A DNA stretch of 64,000 bases from an uncultured Planctomycetota bacterium (lineage in GTDB: Bacteria; Planctomycetota; Planctomycetia; Isosphaerales; Isosphaeraceae): the NCBI GenBank assembly GCA_963823665.1, contig CAWGMQ010000008.1, forward strand, positions 32,001 to 96,000, written 5' to 3'. Shown here piece by piece: positions 49,701 to 60,023 of the stretch. The translations under genes and the position numbers were made by a program. The first letter of the stretch is position 1; every line of letters starts with the position of its first letter. The notes below the pieces were generated by a model. It searched no databases. It saw nothing but the letters and a program-made list of their open reading frames with translations, and was not told where the DNA came from.

Positions 49701-49852
49701 CGCATTTCACCCATGATCCCGGCGCAGCAAGGCAGTTGCTCGCAACGGGAGAAACGCGGCCCGACCCGCGAACCGACCCGTCCATCCTGGCGGCCTGGAC
49801 CATGGTCGCCAATGTGATCTTGAACCTGGACGAGGCGATCACCAAGGGGTGA
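46715..49852 (+). CDS. Planctomycete cytochrome c / PSD1 (DUF1549 + DUF1553) protein
   Basis: RDVRPILSDNCFACHGPD, HWAFEP, LIRRVTLDLTGLPP, WLDAARYGDT, CARCHDHKYDP, PPSHPELLDWLA, TNTPLQALLLLN. Confidence 0.93.
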   Translation: MACSVRIALFLMLGCWQSARANSPNEKEPDRPAPQVNYARDVRPILSDNCFACHGPDNHKRKAGLRFDTKDGAFTKLESGSTAIVPGKLEESELIDRINNEDPDLRMPPAKSGKKLTAAQVAVLRRWVEQGAKTSSHWAFEPAVKPPAPSVKNEGWPRNTIDRFILARLEAEGLSPAREAAKTTLIRRVTLDLTGLPPTLEQVDAFLADRSPEAYEKVVDGLLESPRYGEHMARFWLDAARYGDTHGLHLDNYREIWPYREWVINAFNTNKKFDSFILEQLAGDLLPNPTPDQLIATGFNRCHVSTNEGGSIEEEVYVRNVVDQVDTNGTVFLGLTTGCARCHDHKYDPIRTKDYYQLFAFFNNIDGPPMDGNGAKWAPIVRVPTRKQADETRALAAEIAQLEQAKREIITRMVADPGQIKDDGDGKAVGARTEFVWIDDALPAGATHQGEGEFVEKPKNPVFSGRAALRITARGVNQRFFDSSPRKLRVGAGDTLFAYVYVASNRPAKELMLQWHTNGNWTHRAYWGGNQVDFGKDGTPERTRLGDLPAPGKWVRLEVPVEKLKLAPGTEIDGWAFTQFDGTVFWDKAGIETTTPQDGQLYNSLSAWINSVRSGASGGVPEPIKKIAAIEKPKRSESQLKELIAYFIEHAYAKTAKLLEPIDAKVALVQRRRKELEEQLPTTLVFREKGGEPKPAFLLKRGEYDQRGEKVERGVPAFLPPLPPGAPVNRLGLAQWLIAPNHPLTARVAVNRLWLQVFGTGFVKTAEDFGAQGEPPSHPELLDWLAVTFREEGWNVKRLMKQLVMSAAYRQSARVTPESLAKDPANRLLARGPRFRLDAEMLRDQALFVSGLLVERLGGASVKPPQPSGLWEAVAYTDSNTAHFKADSGPDKVHRRSLYTFWKRTAAPPQMTTFDAPSRESCQVRRERTNTPLQALLLLNEPQFVEAARKLAERTLREGGSTSEDRLTFIHRVVLARPPEAKDLAELTAALNDLTTHFTHDPGAARQLLATGETRPDPRTDPSILAAWTMVANVILNLDEAITKG

Positions 49853-49874
49853 GCAGATCAGGGGAGCACTCACG

Positions 49875-51348
49875 ATGAATCCGCTGCACGAAAAGATCGA
49901 CCTCTTGTCCCGCCGCCATTTCTTCGGGCGGACCGGACTGAGCCTGGGAACCGCGGCACTCTCGACTCTGCTAGGGCAAAATGCGCTTTGCGCCGCGGCC
50001 GGATGGCGCCTCGCCGGGCACAATGGGCGGTTTGCCGGGCCTGCCCCATTTCGCCCCTAAGGCAAAGCGGGCCATTTATCTTCACATGAACGGTGGTCCG
50101 TCGCAGATGGACCTTTTCGACTACAAGCCCAAGATGGGCACGATGTTCGACAAGGACCTTCCCGACTCGATTCGCATGGGCCAGCGGCTGACCACCATGA
50201 CCAGCGGCCAGGCGCGGTTTCCGATCGCGCCGTCGAAGTACAAGTTCGCGCAGCACGGCTCATCCGGCATCTGGATGAGCGAGCTCTTGCCCTGGACGGC
50301 CAAGCTGGCCGATCAGATCGCCCTGGTGAAAACGGTCTGGACCGAGGCGATCAATCACGACCCGGCCGTTACTTATATCTGCACGGGCCATCAGCTTCCG
50401 GGCCGGCCAAGCCTGGGCGCCTGGCTCTCGTACGGCCTGGGCACGATGAATCAGAACCTGCCGGCATTCGTGGTGATGACGGCTTCGTGGTCGAGCAAGG
50501 CGGCTGCCCAGGCGATCTACAACCGCCTCTGGGGCACGGGCTGCCTGCCGACCGAGCACCAGGGCGTCGCGCTTCGCTCGACCGGCGACCCGGTGCTCTT
50601 CCTGTCGAACCCGCCCGGCGTCGACGCGGCGACGCGAAAGCGCACGCTCGATGCAATCGTCCGGATGAACCAGCACGAGTTCGAGCAGATCGCCGATCCG
50701 GAAACGAGCGCGCGGATCGCTCAGTACGAGATGGCCTTCCGGATGCAAACCTCGGTTCCGGAGCTGACCGACATCTCGAGTGAGCCGAAGAGCGTTCTCG
50801 ACCTGTACGGGCCCGACGTGCAGATTCCAGGCAGTTACGCACGCTGCTGTCTGCTGGCTCGCCGTCTGGCCGAGCGTGACGTGCGGTTCGTGCAGATCTT
50901 CCACCGCGGCTGGGACCAGCACGGCAACCTGGCCGGCGACCTGCCGCTGCAATGCAAGGACGTGGACCAGGCGACCTACGCGCTCGTGACCGATCTGAAG
51001 CAGCGCGGGATGCTGGACGACACGCTGGTGATCTGGGGTGGAGAGTTCGGCCGCACCATCTACTGCCAGGGCAAACTCTCGCGCGAGAACTACGGCCGCG
51101 ACCACCATCCCAAGTGTTTTCCAGTCTGGATGGCGGGTGCCGGAATCAAGCCCGGCATTGTTCATGGCGAGACCGACGAGTTCAGCTACAATGTCGTCGC
51201 CGACCCGGTGCACATTCACGACATGAACGCAACGATTCTCCACTGCCTGGGGATCGACCACCGCCGCTTGAGCTTCAAGTTCCAGGGGCTCGACGTACGG
51301 TTGACGGGGGTCGAGGAGCATCATGTCGTCAAAGGGATCCTGGCGTGA
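49875..51348 (+). CDS. DUF1501 domain protein (Tat signal), frameshift near 50000
   Basis: LSRRHFF signal in ORF 49875; [47 protein letters not shown] in ORF 49981. Confidence 0.9.
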
Positions 51349-51453
51349 GACCGTCCGATCGAGGAGCGCAATTGAATCGCAACCCCCTCGGAACTATAAT
51401 CCTTTTTTGCACAAAATTCGTGCGGCGAAGTTCACCGATTCGGGGTTGAAAAG

Positions 51454-51975
51454 ATGGCGAAGCAGCCCAAAAAGCCTAAAAAGTCCAAAAAGAAAACGCC
51501 CGATCTGCTTGCGAAAACGCTCGAAGTGCTCACGACGCTCGACCGTGACACCGCCAAGGCGATTCGGTTGCTTTGCCTCGGCAATCAGGTTCCGATCGAC
51601 AAGGTGGTCTTGAAAAGAAAGCAATTCGAGGTCGGCGGCAAGTCATACCACGCCAAGCTCAGTCAGGTTCAGTGGGAGCAAATCCTGGCCGTGGTCGGCG
51701 AGGGAAGTCTCGCGGTGCTGGTCAAGGTGCGAGAAATCCTTTCCGACCTGGCCGTACTGGTCAGCAGCAGCGAGACCGCGCTATTCGCCCTGATGAGTGG
51801 CGATTCAAAGTCAAAGGGGAAGAAGCCGTTGCGGGCCGCCATCGACAAACAGCAGATCGGTTGCTGCAGCTTCGCCGACGGGCCCAGTGAACCGCTCACC
51901 CAGGCGCAGTGTACGATGTGTGGCGGCACGGGGTGGAACCCGAATGACCCCGACTGCTCGCAAGGTCAACCGTAG
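51454..51975 (+). CDS. Hypothetical protein, Lys-rich N-terminus and Cys-rich C-terminus
   Basis: 173-aa ORF ending 18 nt before the kinase start; IGCCSF..TQAQCTMCGGTGW..PDC. Confidence 0.7.
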   Translation: MAKQPKKPKKSKKKTPDLLAKTLEVLTTLDRDTAKAIRLLCLGNQVPIDKVVLKRKQFEVGGKSYHAKLSQVQWEQILAVVGEGSLAVLVKVREILSDLAVLVSSSETALFALMSGDSKSKGKKPLRAAIDKQQIGCCSFADGPSEPLTQAQCTMCGGTGWNPNDPDCSQGQP

Positions 51976-51993
51976 CGCAGGGGCGGGCGACAC

Positions 51994-54900
51994 ATGCGCG
52001 ACGACCCGGGCACGCGGCGGGACGCGGAATGGGCGTCGACCGAGAATCCCGGGGTCAGCCGGGCCGAGCTGGGGTCAACCTTCGAGCACCGTGCTGAGGC
52101 ACTGCCGCGGGCGGCGGAGCGGCTGATCTGCCCGTCTTGCCATCACACGCTCGATGCAGAAGAGCTGCCCCGCGGCAGCGTTCATTGCGAGAAATGCGGC
52201 GCCAGCTTTCGGGTCGAGAGAGTCGCGCATGCGTCGACGATCGATGAGATTCGCGTCATCGGCCGGTTCCAGTTGCTCGATCGCGTCGGCCAGGGCTCGT
52301 TCGGAACTGTCTGGCGGGCGCGGGATCAAGAGCTCGAGCGCGTCGTCGCAGTGAAAGTCCCCCACTCGCATGCGCTCGAATCCGGACTGGACGCCGAGCG
52401 CGTGGGCCGGGAAGCACGAATCGCCGCGCAGCTCCGCCACCCGGGAATCGTGCGCCTGTACGAAATGGTGACGGTTGAGGGTCTGCCTGTCCTGGTGTCG
52501 GATTTCATCGAAGGTTTGCCGCTTAAAGACTTGCTTAAAATTCGACGGCTCGCCTTCAACGAGAGTGCCCTTCTCGTCGCGCAGATCGCCGAAGCGCTGG
52601 ACCACGCGCACGAGAGCGGTCTGGTCCACCGCGACATCAAGCCAGCGAACATCATGATGGAGTATCGCCGTGGCGGCGACACGGGAACTGCACCCAACGC
52701 GGAACATCGCTCGAGTGAGCTGGGCAAGCCGATCATCGTCGATTTCGGTCTGGCGCTTCGCCCGGAGACAGACATCATCATGACGGTGGAAGGCCAGCTT
52801 GTCGGCACTCCGGCGTACATGAGCCCTGAGCAGGCCGCGGGAAAAGGTCACGATGTCGACCGCCGCAGTGATATTTACAGCCTTGGCGTCGTGCTTTATG
52901 AGCTTCTCTCAGGTGAGCTTCCGTTTCGCGGCACCAAGATGATGGTTCTTCATCAACTCGAGCACGAGCCGCCCCGGCCGCCGCGCCGGGTCAATGATCG
53001 CATTCCACGCGACCTCGAGACCATTTGCCTGAAGGCGCTCGCGAAGCTTCCTTCCCGGCGGTATGCCACGGCGGGAGAGATGGCTCTTGACCTGCGCCGT
53101 TTCTTGAGGGGCGAGCCGTGCCGGGCACGGCCCGTCGGCAGTCTTGAGCGTGCCTGGTTGTGGGCGCGGCGAAATCCCACTTTGGCCGGGGTCACTTCCC
53201 TCACGTGCGCCGCGCTCGTCGCCGTGGCCGTCTTCGCTCTTCTGCTCGCGCGTGCGGAAACGAAGCACGCTTCCGAGCTTGGCGTACGCCTGGGCGAGAG
53301 CTACCTCGATCAAGGACTCTCCTTGTGCGAAGACGGCGAAGCGGCTCACGGCATGCTGCTCATCGCCAAAGGTCTCGCGGCCATCCCGAATGAAGCCAGG
53401 TCCCTGGGCGGGGTAATGACGACGAACCTGGTCGCCTGGCAGGCGAACCTCGATCCTTTACTGGCCATGGAGCGTCATGGAGGGCGAATCACGGCTGCCG
53501 TCTTCAGCCCCGACGGAACAATGGCCGCGACCGGAAGCTCAGACCACACGGTCCGGTTGTGGCATGGCACGACCGCGCAGCCTCTGGGCGAGCCGATAGA
53601 GTGCATCGACGGGGTGCAATCGTTGGTCTTCAGCCCCGATCGCCGGTCCCTCGCAATCATCCGCCGCCCCGATAAGCTGCTCCTTTGGGACCTGGAAGCC
53701 CATCGTTTCCAGACCGCACCTTCCGAGTATGGGACGGACATCCACTCGATCGCCTACAGTCACAACGGAAAGACCATTGCCGTCCAGGGAGCCGATCATC
53801 GGCTCAGATTCTGGAGTTTGGAAGAACGCCGCCTGCTTCCGCTCGAGGTCGAGCTAACCCATCCCGTCAAGATGCTTGCATTCGCTTCCGATGACAAGAC
53901 GATCCTGACAGCCACCACGGCCGGGAGAATCGAGCGCAGGAATATGAGCGATGGGGCCTCGCGTGGTTCCAGCGCAGTCCACCAAAATCTGCGGTCGGCG
54001 TGCCTGAGCCCGGATGGCCGGTTACTCGCAACGGGAGCCAACGATCGCGCAGCCCGGATATGGGACGGGGCGAGCCTCACGCTTCTTCGCGAGCTGACAC
54101 ACCCGGGCCCGGTGGACGCCATCGCTTTCAGCCCGGATGGCCAGACTGTTCTGACCGGTTGCGAAGACAAGGTCGCGCGGGTCTGGAACGCTGGGAGCGG
54201 TGAATTCCTCGGTCAGGCTGCAATTCACCAGCAAACCGTGAGCGCAGTCGCGCTCAGTCCAGACGGAAGCCGAATTCTGACGGGCGGCGACGACGGCGCG
54301 ATTCAGCTCCGCGAGTGCAAGCTCGGCGGATCGCAGGCTCTGGAGGTGCCGCATCGTTCCAGTGTCGGCTTGGTGAAGATCAGCCCCGACGGCCGCGTCG
54401 CGGTCACGGGCACGAAGTCGCAAAGAATCAGCGACGGTGAAGTTCTCTTGTGGGATACCTCAAACGGTAAGGCGCTCGGTCGCGTCAGCCTCGGCGGCGT
54501 TGTCATCGGGATTGCGTTCAGCCCCGACGGCAAAACAGTTGCGACTGCCAGTGCGGACCGGACCGCACTGCTCGTGGATGTCGCCTCGGGCAAGCCGCTC
54601 TGCCCGCCGATGAAACATCCCGCCTGGGTGAGCGCGGTTGCCTTCAATCCGCAGGGAACTCAGCTCGTCACAGGCTGCGACGACGGGGTGGCGCGGTTGT
54701 GGGAAGTCCCCACGGGCCGTGATTTGAATCGGAAGTTCGCCCACGACGAACCGATCATTTCGCTCGCGTTGAGCCCCGATGGTGCCCTCCTTGTAACAGC
54801 CGGGTCCGAGGGTACCGCGCGCCTGTGGAACGTCGCCAACGCAAGGCAGCTTCATGTTTTCCCACATCGGGCGCAAGTCAACAAAGTTGCATTCAGCCCG

Positions 54901-55500
54901 GATGGCAAGACGGTGTTGACAGCCAGCAAGGACGGTACGGCCCGCCTCTGGGAGGTGGCAAGCGGGCAGCCGCTGGGAACGCCCATGGTCCATGACGATG
55001 AAGTGAACTGTGCGGCCTTCAGTCCCAGGGGCGAAACGATCTTGACTGGAAGCAAAGACAAGACCGCGCAGTTGTGGCTCGCGCGCACGACATCTCGTCT
55101 GGGACCGGCGCTTCCGCACCAGGGTCCCGTGCGTGGCGTGGCTTACAGCCCCGATCTCTCGACGGTCGCAACGGCGAGCGACGATTCGACAGCCCGGTTA
55201 TGGGATATCGCCACGGGCAGGCCGCTGGGGCCGAGCCTGCGCCATCGCAGCATCGTGACCGATCTCGAATTCACGCCGGACGGCCGCCGCTTGATCACCG
55301 CAAGCTGGGACCGTTCGGCTCGAATCTGGAACCTGCCGCAGAAGCTCCCCGCCACCGGACAAAACTGGACCTTGTGGGTCCAGACGCTCTGCGGAATCGA
55401 GCTTTCAGACAACGGTGCGGTTCGGGTGCTGACCCCGGAACAGTGGCGCAGCCGTTCTCGCGAGCTAGAGACTCTCGGTGGCCCGCCTGTCCACCGATGA
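51994..55500 (+). CDS. Zn-ribbon Ser/Thr kinase with TM and WD40 repeats
   Basis: CPSC..CEKCG; GQGSFG, HRDIKPAN, DFG, GTPAYMSPEQ; many FSPDG..ARLW repeats. Confidence 0.92.
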   Translation: MRDDPGTRRDAEWASTENPGVSRAELGSTFEHRAEALPRAAERLICPSCHHTLDAEELPRGSVHCEKCGASFRVERVAHASTIDEIRVIGRFQLLDRVGQGSFGTVWRARDQELERVVAVKVPHSHALESGLDAERVGREARIAAQLRHPGIVRLYEMVTVEGLPVLVSDFIEGLPLKDLLKIRRLAFNESALLVAQIAEALDHAHESGLVHRDIKPANIMMEYRRGGDTGTAPNAEHRSSELGKPIIVDFGLALRPETDIIMTVEGQLVGTPAYMSPEQAAGKGHDVDRRSDIYSLGVVLYELLSGELPFRGTKMMVLHQLEHEPPRPPRRVNDRIPRDLETICLKALAKLPSRRYATAGEMALDLRRFLRGEPCRARPVGSLERAWLWARRNPTLAGVTSLTCAALVAVAVFALLLARAETKHASELGVRLGESYLDQGLSLCEDGEAAHGMLLIAKGLAAIPNEARSLGGVMTTNLVAWQANLDPLLAMERHGGRITAAVFSPDGTMAATGSSDHTVRLWHGTTAQPLGEPIECIDGVQSLVFSPDRRSLAIIRRPDKLLLWDLEAHRFQTAPSEYGTDIHSIAYSHNGKTIAVQGADHRLRFWSLEERRLLPLEVELTHPVKMLAFASDDKTILTATTAGRIERRNMSDGASRGSSAVHQNLRSACLSPDGRLLATGANDRAARIWDGASLTLLRELTHPGPVDAIAFSPDGQTVLTGCEDKVARVWNAGSGEFLGQAAIHQQTVSAVALSPDGSRILTGGDDGAIQLRECKLGGSQALEVPHRSSVGLVKISPDGRVAVTGTKSQRISDGEVLLWDTSNGKALGRVSLGGVVIGIAFSPDGKTVATASADRTALLVDVASGKPLCPPMKHPAWVSAVAFNPQGTQLVTGCDDGVARLWEVPTGRDLNRKFAHDEPIISLALSPDGALLVTAGSEGTARLWNVANARQLHVFPHRAQVNKVAFSPDGKTVLTASKDGTARLWEVASGQPLGTPMVHDDEVNCAAFSPRGETILTGSKDKTAQLWLARTTSRLGPALPHQGPVRGVAYSPDLSTVATASDDSTARLWDIATGRPLGPSLRHRSIVTDLEFTPDGRRLITASWDRSARIWNLPQKLPATGQNWTLWVQTLCGIELSDNGAVRVLTPEQWRSRSRELETLGGPPVHR

Positions 55501-55661
55501 TGAGTCAAATCTGACGATTGACCACGAATCCCGGCGCTCTTAGAATGATCGTTGCAGTGGATGTTCAGAGACTCATATCGCCGCAACCGCGGGAGCTGGC
55601 GCATGGCAGTGGCAAACACGATTCCGCCAGGGTCACCGCTTGACTGTAGCGGCCAAGAGCC

Positions 55662-58600
55662 GTGAACGATCCGTGGCGTCTGAGCGGCGATCAGGCATCT
55701 ACAGACGCGCATCAGCCTGCGGGCGGGCCTGGTCCAATCGATGCCGGAATGCACCTGACCGGGACCTTTGAGGCCCGATCGGAAACCCGCTCGTCCGAGC
55801 GCTTGATTTGCCCATCCTGTCAGCATACGGTGGCCTCGAGCGGGCTGCACAGCGGCAGTGTTCATTGCGACAACTGCGGCAACTCGTTCCGGCTGGAGCG
55901 AGTCGTTCTCGGATCAACGATCGACGAGATACGCGTCGTGGGACGGTTTCAACTGCTCGATCGAGTCGGTCAGGGCTCGTTCGGCACGGTGTGGCGGGCG
56001 CGCGATACTCAGCTCGATCGCTTCGTCGCGGTGAAAATCCCGCATCACCACGCGATCGAGTCGGTTCAAGATACCGAGCGCCTGGAGCGCGAAGCGCGAG
56101 TCGCCGCTCAGCTCCGTCACGCCGGGATCGTGCGGCTTTACGAGATCCTGACGGTCGACGACCTGCCGGTGCTGGTCTCCGACTTCATCGAAGGTATCAC
56201 CCTCAAGGAGCTGCTCCAGATCCGGCGGCTGACCTTTCGTGAGACGGCTGATCTGGTCGCGCAGATCGCCGATGCTCTGGACCACGCTCACGAGCGCGGG
56301 CTTGTGCATCGCGATGTCAAGCCTGCCAACATCATGATGGAATACCCGACCGCGCCGGCCGGCGGCCTCAAGACGGATCCCGCTGCGGCCGGGGGAAAAG
56401 GCTCGTCGAGGCTCGGGCGCCCCATCGTGGTTGACTTCGGTCTAGCGCTTCGCCCCGAGGCCGATGTCGTCATGACGATCGACGGCCAGATCGTGGGCAC
56501 TCCCGCCTACATGAGTCCCGAGCAGGCCGCTGGAAACGCGCATCACGTCGACCGCCGCAGCGATATCTACAGCCTGGGCGTTGTGCTCTACCAGCTTCTG
56601 TGCGGCGAGCTCCCCTTTCGCGGATCGAAGGTGATGCTCATTCACCAGCTCTTGAATGAGGACCCGCGCCCGCCCCGGCGGTTGAACGACCGCATTCCGC
56701 GTGATCTCGAGACGATCTGTCTCAAGGCCATCGCCAAGCTGCCTTCGCGCCGATACGGCTCGGCAGCGGAGATGGCTGCCGACCTGCGGCGTTACCTGAA
56801 TGGAGAGCCGTGTCGCGCTCGCCCGGTGGGGCGTCTCGAGCGAGCCTGGCTCTGGGCCTCGCGCAACCCCGCCCTGGCCACGTCGTACGCCGCGGCAGCC
56901 GTTCTGCTCGTGGGGATGACGGTTGGCTCACTGTTGTTTGCGGCGCGTGAAAAAACGCATGCCAATGAGCTGGGAGTCGCCCTCGACAAGTCAAACGTGC
57001 TCCTCGCCGAGAACTACCTCGATCGCGGACGGACTCTCTGCGAAGCGGGGGAAGTTGCCCACGGGATATTGCTCATGGCGCGAGGTCTATCGGCGGCTCC
57101 GCTAAACTCGCCGGATCTCGGCCGTGTCGTGCGCGGGAACCTGGCCGGATGGCAGGAAAGGCTCTATCCTTTGCTCGAGATGTGGGCCCAGAGCTCCCAG
57201 CCGGGCGCACGCTATCTCAAGCCCGCCGTTGCCTTCAGCCCGGACGGAAAACTCGTCGCGACCGGGGCCGCCGACGGGAAAGTTCGTTTCTGGAATGCCG
57301 ATGACGCAAGACCGATCGGTACACCGATCAACTGCTCCTCGGAAGTGCGGTCCCTGGTTTTCAGCCCCGACGGCCAAACCCTGGCGATCGCGTGCCGCGA
57401 CGGCAAACCGCGATTCTGGGATATCGACGGCGGCAGTTTCATTCTCGGCGGGATTGACCAGGTTCGGCGAGTTTACTCGATCGTTTACTCACACGACGGC
57501 AAGATGCTGGCTACGGGAGGCGAGGATGGTGATCTGATTCTTTGGGATGCCGCCGGAGGTCGCCGGCTCCGGGTCGTGCGCGTGCGCAACGCGGTGATCA
57601 TCAAGGTTGCGCTGGCCCCGGACGACAAGACCATCACCACGATCACCGTTGACGGGAACATCGATGTCTGGAACGTGAAGGAAGGGGTGAAGCTTGCGCA
57701 CGCCTCCGGGCAGCTCGGCCCGGCCGTCACCTTGAGCCCGGACGGCCGATGGATGGCGACGGGTGGCCCGGCGCTCGCCACGTCATGATCTGGGATGCGA
57801 CAACCTTGAATCCGCATCATTCGCTCGAGTGGAGAGGAATCGTTTACTCCATGGCGTTTAGCCCCGACAGCGAGGCTCTGCTCACGGCAAGCTCGGATAA
57901 GGTCGCGCGTCTCTGGGACGTTCAAAGCGGCGAGAGCATCGGACCGGTCGCCTATCACTCGCAGGTCATCAATGCGGCAGCATTCAGCCCGGACGGAACC
58001 CGGCTCTTCACCGGCAGCGACGACGGCGCGTACCAGCTTCACGGCATGACCAGAGCCCGATCGCGATGCCTGGAGATCCCGCACCGTGCGGAAGTCGACG
58101 TTGTCGGCTTCAGCCCGGACGGTCGCACCGCGCTCTCGGGCACCAAGCCGTTTAACCAGCCAGGCGACGTTCAGCTCTGGGACATCTTCACCGGCAAGCC
58201 CCTGGCAACGGTTGCTCATCAGTCCATGATCTTGGCCGCCAAATTCAGCCCGGCCGGCAGAACCGTCGCAACCGCAAGCGCCGACCAGACCGCAAACCTT
58301 CTTGATGTTGCGTCGGGCAAGCTGCTCTGTCCGAGCCTGAAACACGAAGGGTGGGTGTATGCCGTCGCCTTCAGTCCAGATGGGAGCCGGCTCTTGACCG
58401 GGTGTGACGACGGCGTCGCACGCCTGTGGGAAGTTCCTACGGGTCGCTACCTCGATCGGAGTTTCGCGCACAAGGAAGGCGTCGCCGCGCTCGCCTTCAG
58501 CCCGGATGGAGCGCTCGTGGCTACGGCAAGCTCGGATAAGACCGCCGCGCTATGGGAGGCCTCCAGCGGACGCCAGCTTCACGTTTTACGCCATCGAGAA

Positions 58601-59284
58601 TTCGTCCGATGTTTAGTTTTCAGCCCAGACGGCCGCACATTACTGACCTCCAGTCTCGACCGGACAGCGAGGATCTGGGATGTGAGCTCAGGTCAGCCGC
58701 TCGGCACGCCGCTGCGGCATCAGGATGAAGTCGTTCGCGCGGCTTTCAGCCCGGACGGCAAGACCATCGTCACCGCCAGCAGGGACCACACGGCCCAGCT
58801 CTGGCGCGCGTCCACGACCGAGCCACTCGGTGCCCCGCTCGTCCACCAGGGCCCGGTCCACGACGTGGCTTTCACTCCGGACGGCGCTTCCGTCGCCACG
58901 GCCAGCGAAGATGGAACCTGTCGGATCTGGGACGTCGCCACCTGCCGCGCGCTGGCACCACCCCTGCGTCACCGCGACTCGGTAACCAAGCTCGCCGTGA
59001 GCCCCGACGGCCGCCGCCTCATTACCGGCAGCCGGGACAAGACTGCCCGCATCTGGGTATTGCCGGAGCGGCTTGACGGCTCTTCGCAGCGCATATCAGT
59101 TTGGATCCAGACTCTCTGCGGCATGGAGCTGGCCGCCAACGAGGCACTCGGGCTGCTGAATCCCGAAGAGTGGAAGAAACGCTGCCGGCAGCTCGAAGCT
59201 CTCGGCGGCCCACCCATCTCCGAGCGATCATCAAGAGGAGCGACCAGCGCAAGTGTCCCTGTCGAGCAATTCCACACCGATTGA
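55662..59284 (+). CDS. Tandem paralog of the Zn-ribbon kinase-WD40 protein, frameshift near 57775
   Basis: ORFs 55662..57788 and 57749..59284 are colinear with 51994..55500 (STIDEIRV.GRFQLLDRVGQGSFGTVWRARD; WxQTLCGxEL..LGGPP). Confidence 0.88.
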
Positions 59285-60023
59285 GATCTCACGGGTTCCG
59301 CTCGCCGCGATTCTCGGCCTGCGCGACCTTTACCGCCAGGAAATGAACTGCCAGATTGTGCACGATTCCTTACATGCGCGCCATTTCTTGGATTCGTATT
59401 TGATCCGCGTGGGCGGCCAGGTTGCGGGCCACGGCTCCGTCATGAGCGGCGACTCCGAAACCCGCGACATGATCAAGGAGTTCTACGTCCTGCCAACTTA
59501 TCGAGCGATGGCTCTGCCGATTTTTCGCCGGCTGGTGGCGGTGACCGGGGCAAAGCTGATCGAGGCCCAGACCAACGACGTGCTCCTCAGCTTGATGCTC
59601 TTTGACTGCGCCGGAGGCATCACCAGCGAGACCATACTCTTTCGAGATGCGGTCGCCACCAATCTGGAGATGCCCGGAGTCGTGTTTCGAAAGGTTGAGG
59701 AGGCGGACCGTGACAATATCTTCCCCCACAAGCTGGAAGGCGTCGGCGACTGGCTGCTTGAAGCCGGCGGAGCACTCGTGGCCACCGGCGGCATCTATCT
59801 TCATTACAACGTTCCCTACGGCGACATCTCGATGGAGGTCGATGAGCAGTACTGGCGGCTCGGCTATGGGAGCTATCTCGTACAAGAGCTGAAACGCATC
59901 GGCTACGAGATGGGCAGGATTCCCGCCGCGAGATGCAGCGTGACGAACGCAGCCTCCCGAGCTACCCTGCAGAAAGCGGGGTTTCTGCCGTGTGCGCGAA
60001 TTCTACGTGGTGTGGTTGCGTAG
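59253..60023 (+). CDS. GNAT family N-acetyltransferase
   Basis: MEVDEQYWRLGYGSYLVQEL, NAASRATLQKAGF; two GNAT-like halves. Confidence 0.82.
   Translation: MSLSSNSTPIEISRVPLAAILGLRDLYRQEMNCQIVHDSLHARHFLDSYLIRVGGQVAGHGSVMSGDSETRDMIKEFYVLPTYRAMALPIFRRLVAVTGAKLIEAQTNDVLLSLMLFDCAGGITSETILFRDAVATNLEMPGVVFRKVEEADRDNIFPHKLEGVGDWLLEAGGALVATGGIYLHYNVPYGDISMEVDEQYWRLGYGSYLVQELKRIGYEMGRIPAARCSVTNAASRATLQKAGFLPCARILRGVVA

Noticed and set aside
8055..51324. Many long antisense ORFs (e.g. 8055-9218, 12007-13452, 19594-20775, 42668-44095, 50260-51324)
   Set aside because: Expected shadow ORFs in high-GC coding DNA.
46715..51348. PSD1 plus DUF1501 pair as a novel system
   Set aside because: Function unknown, but it is a well-known multicopy planctomycete gene pair.
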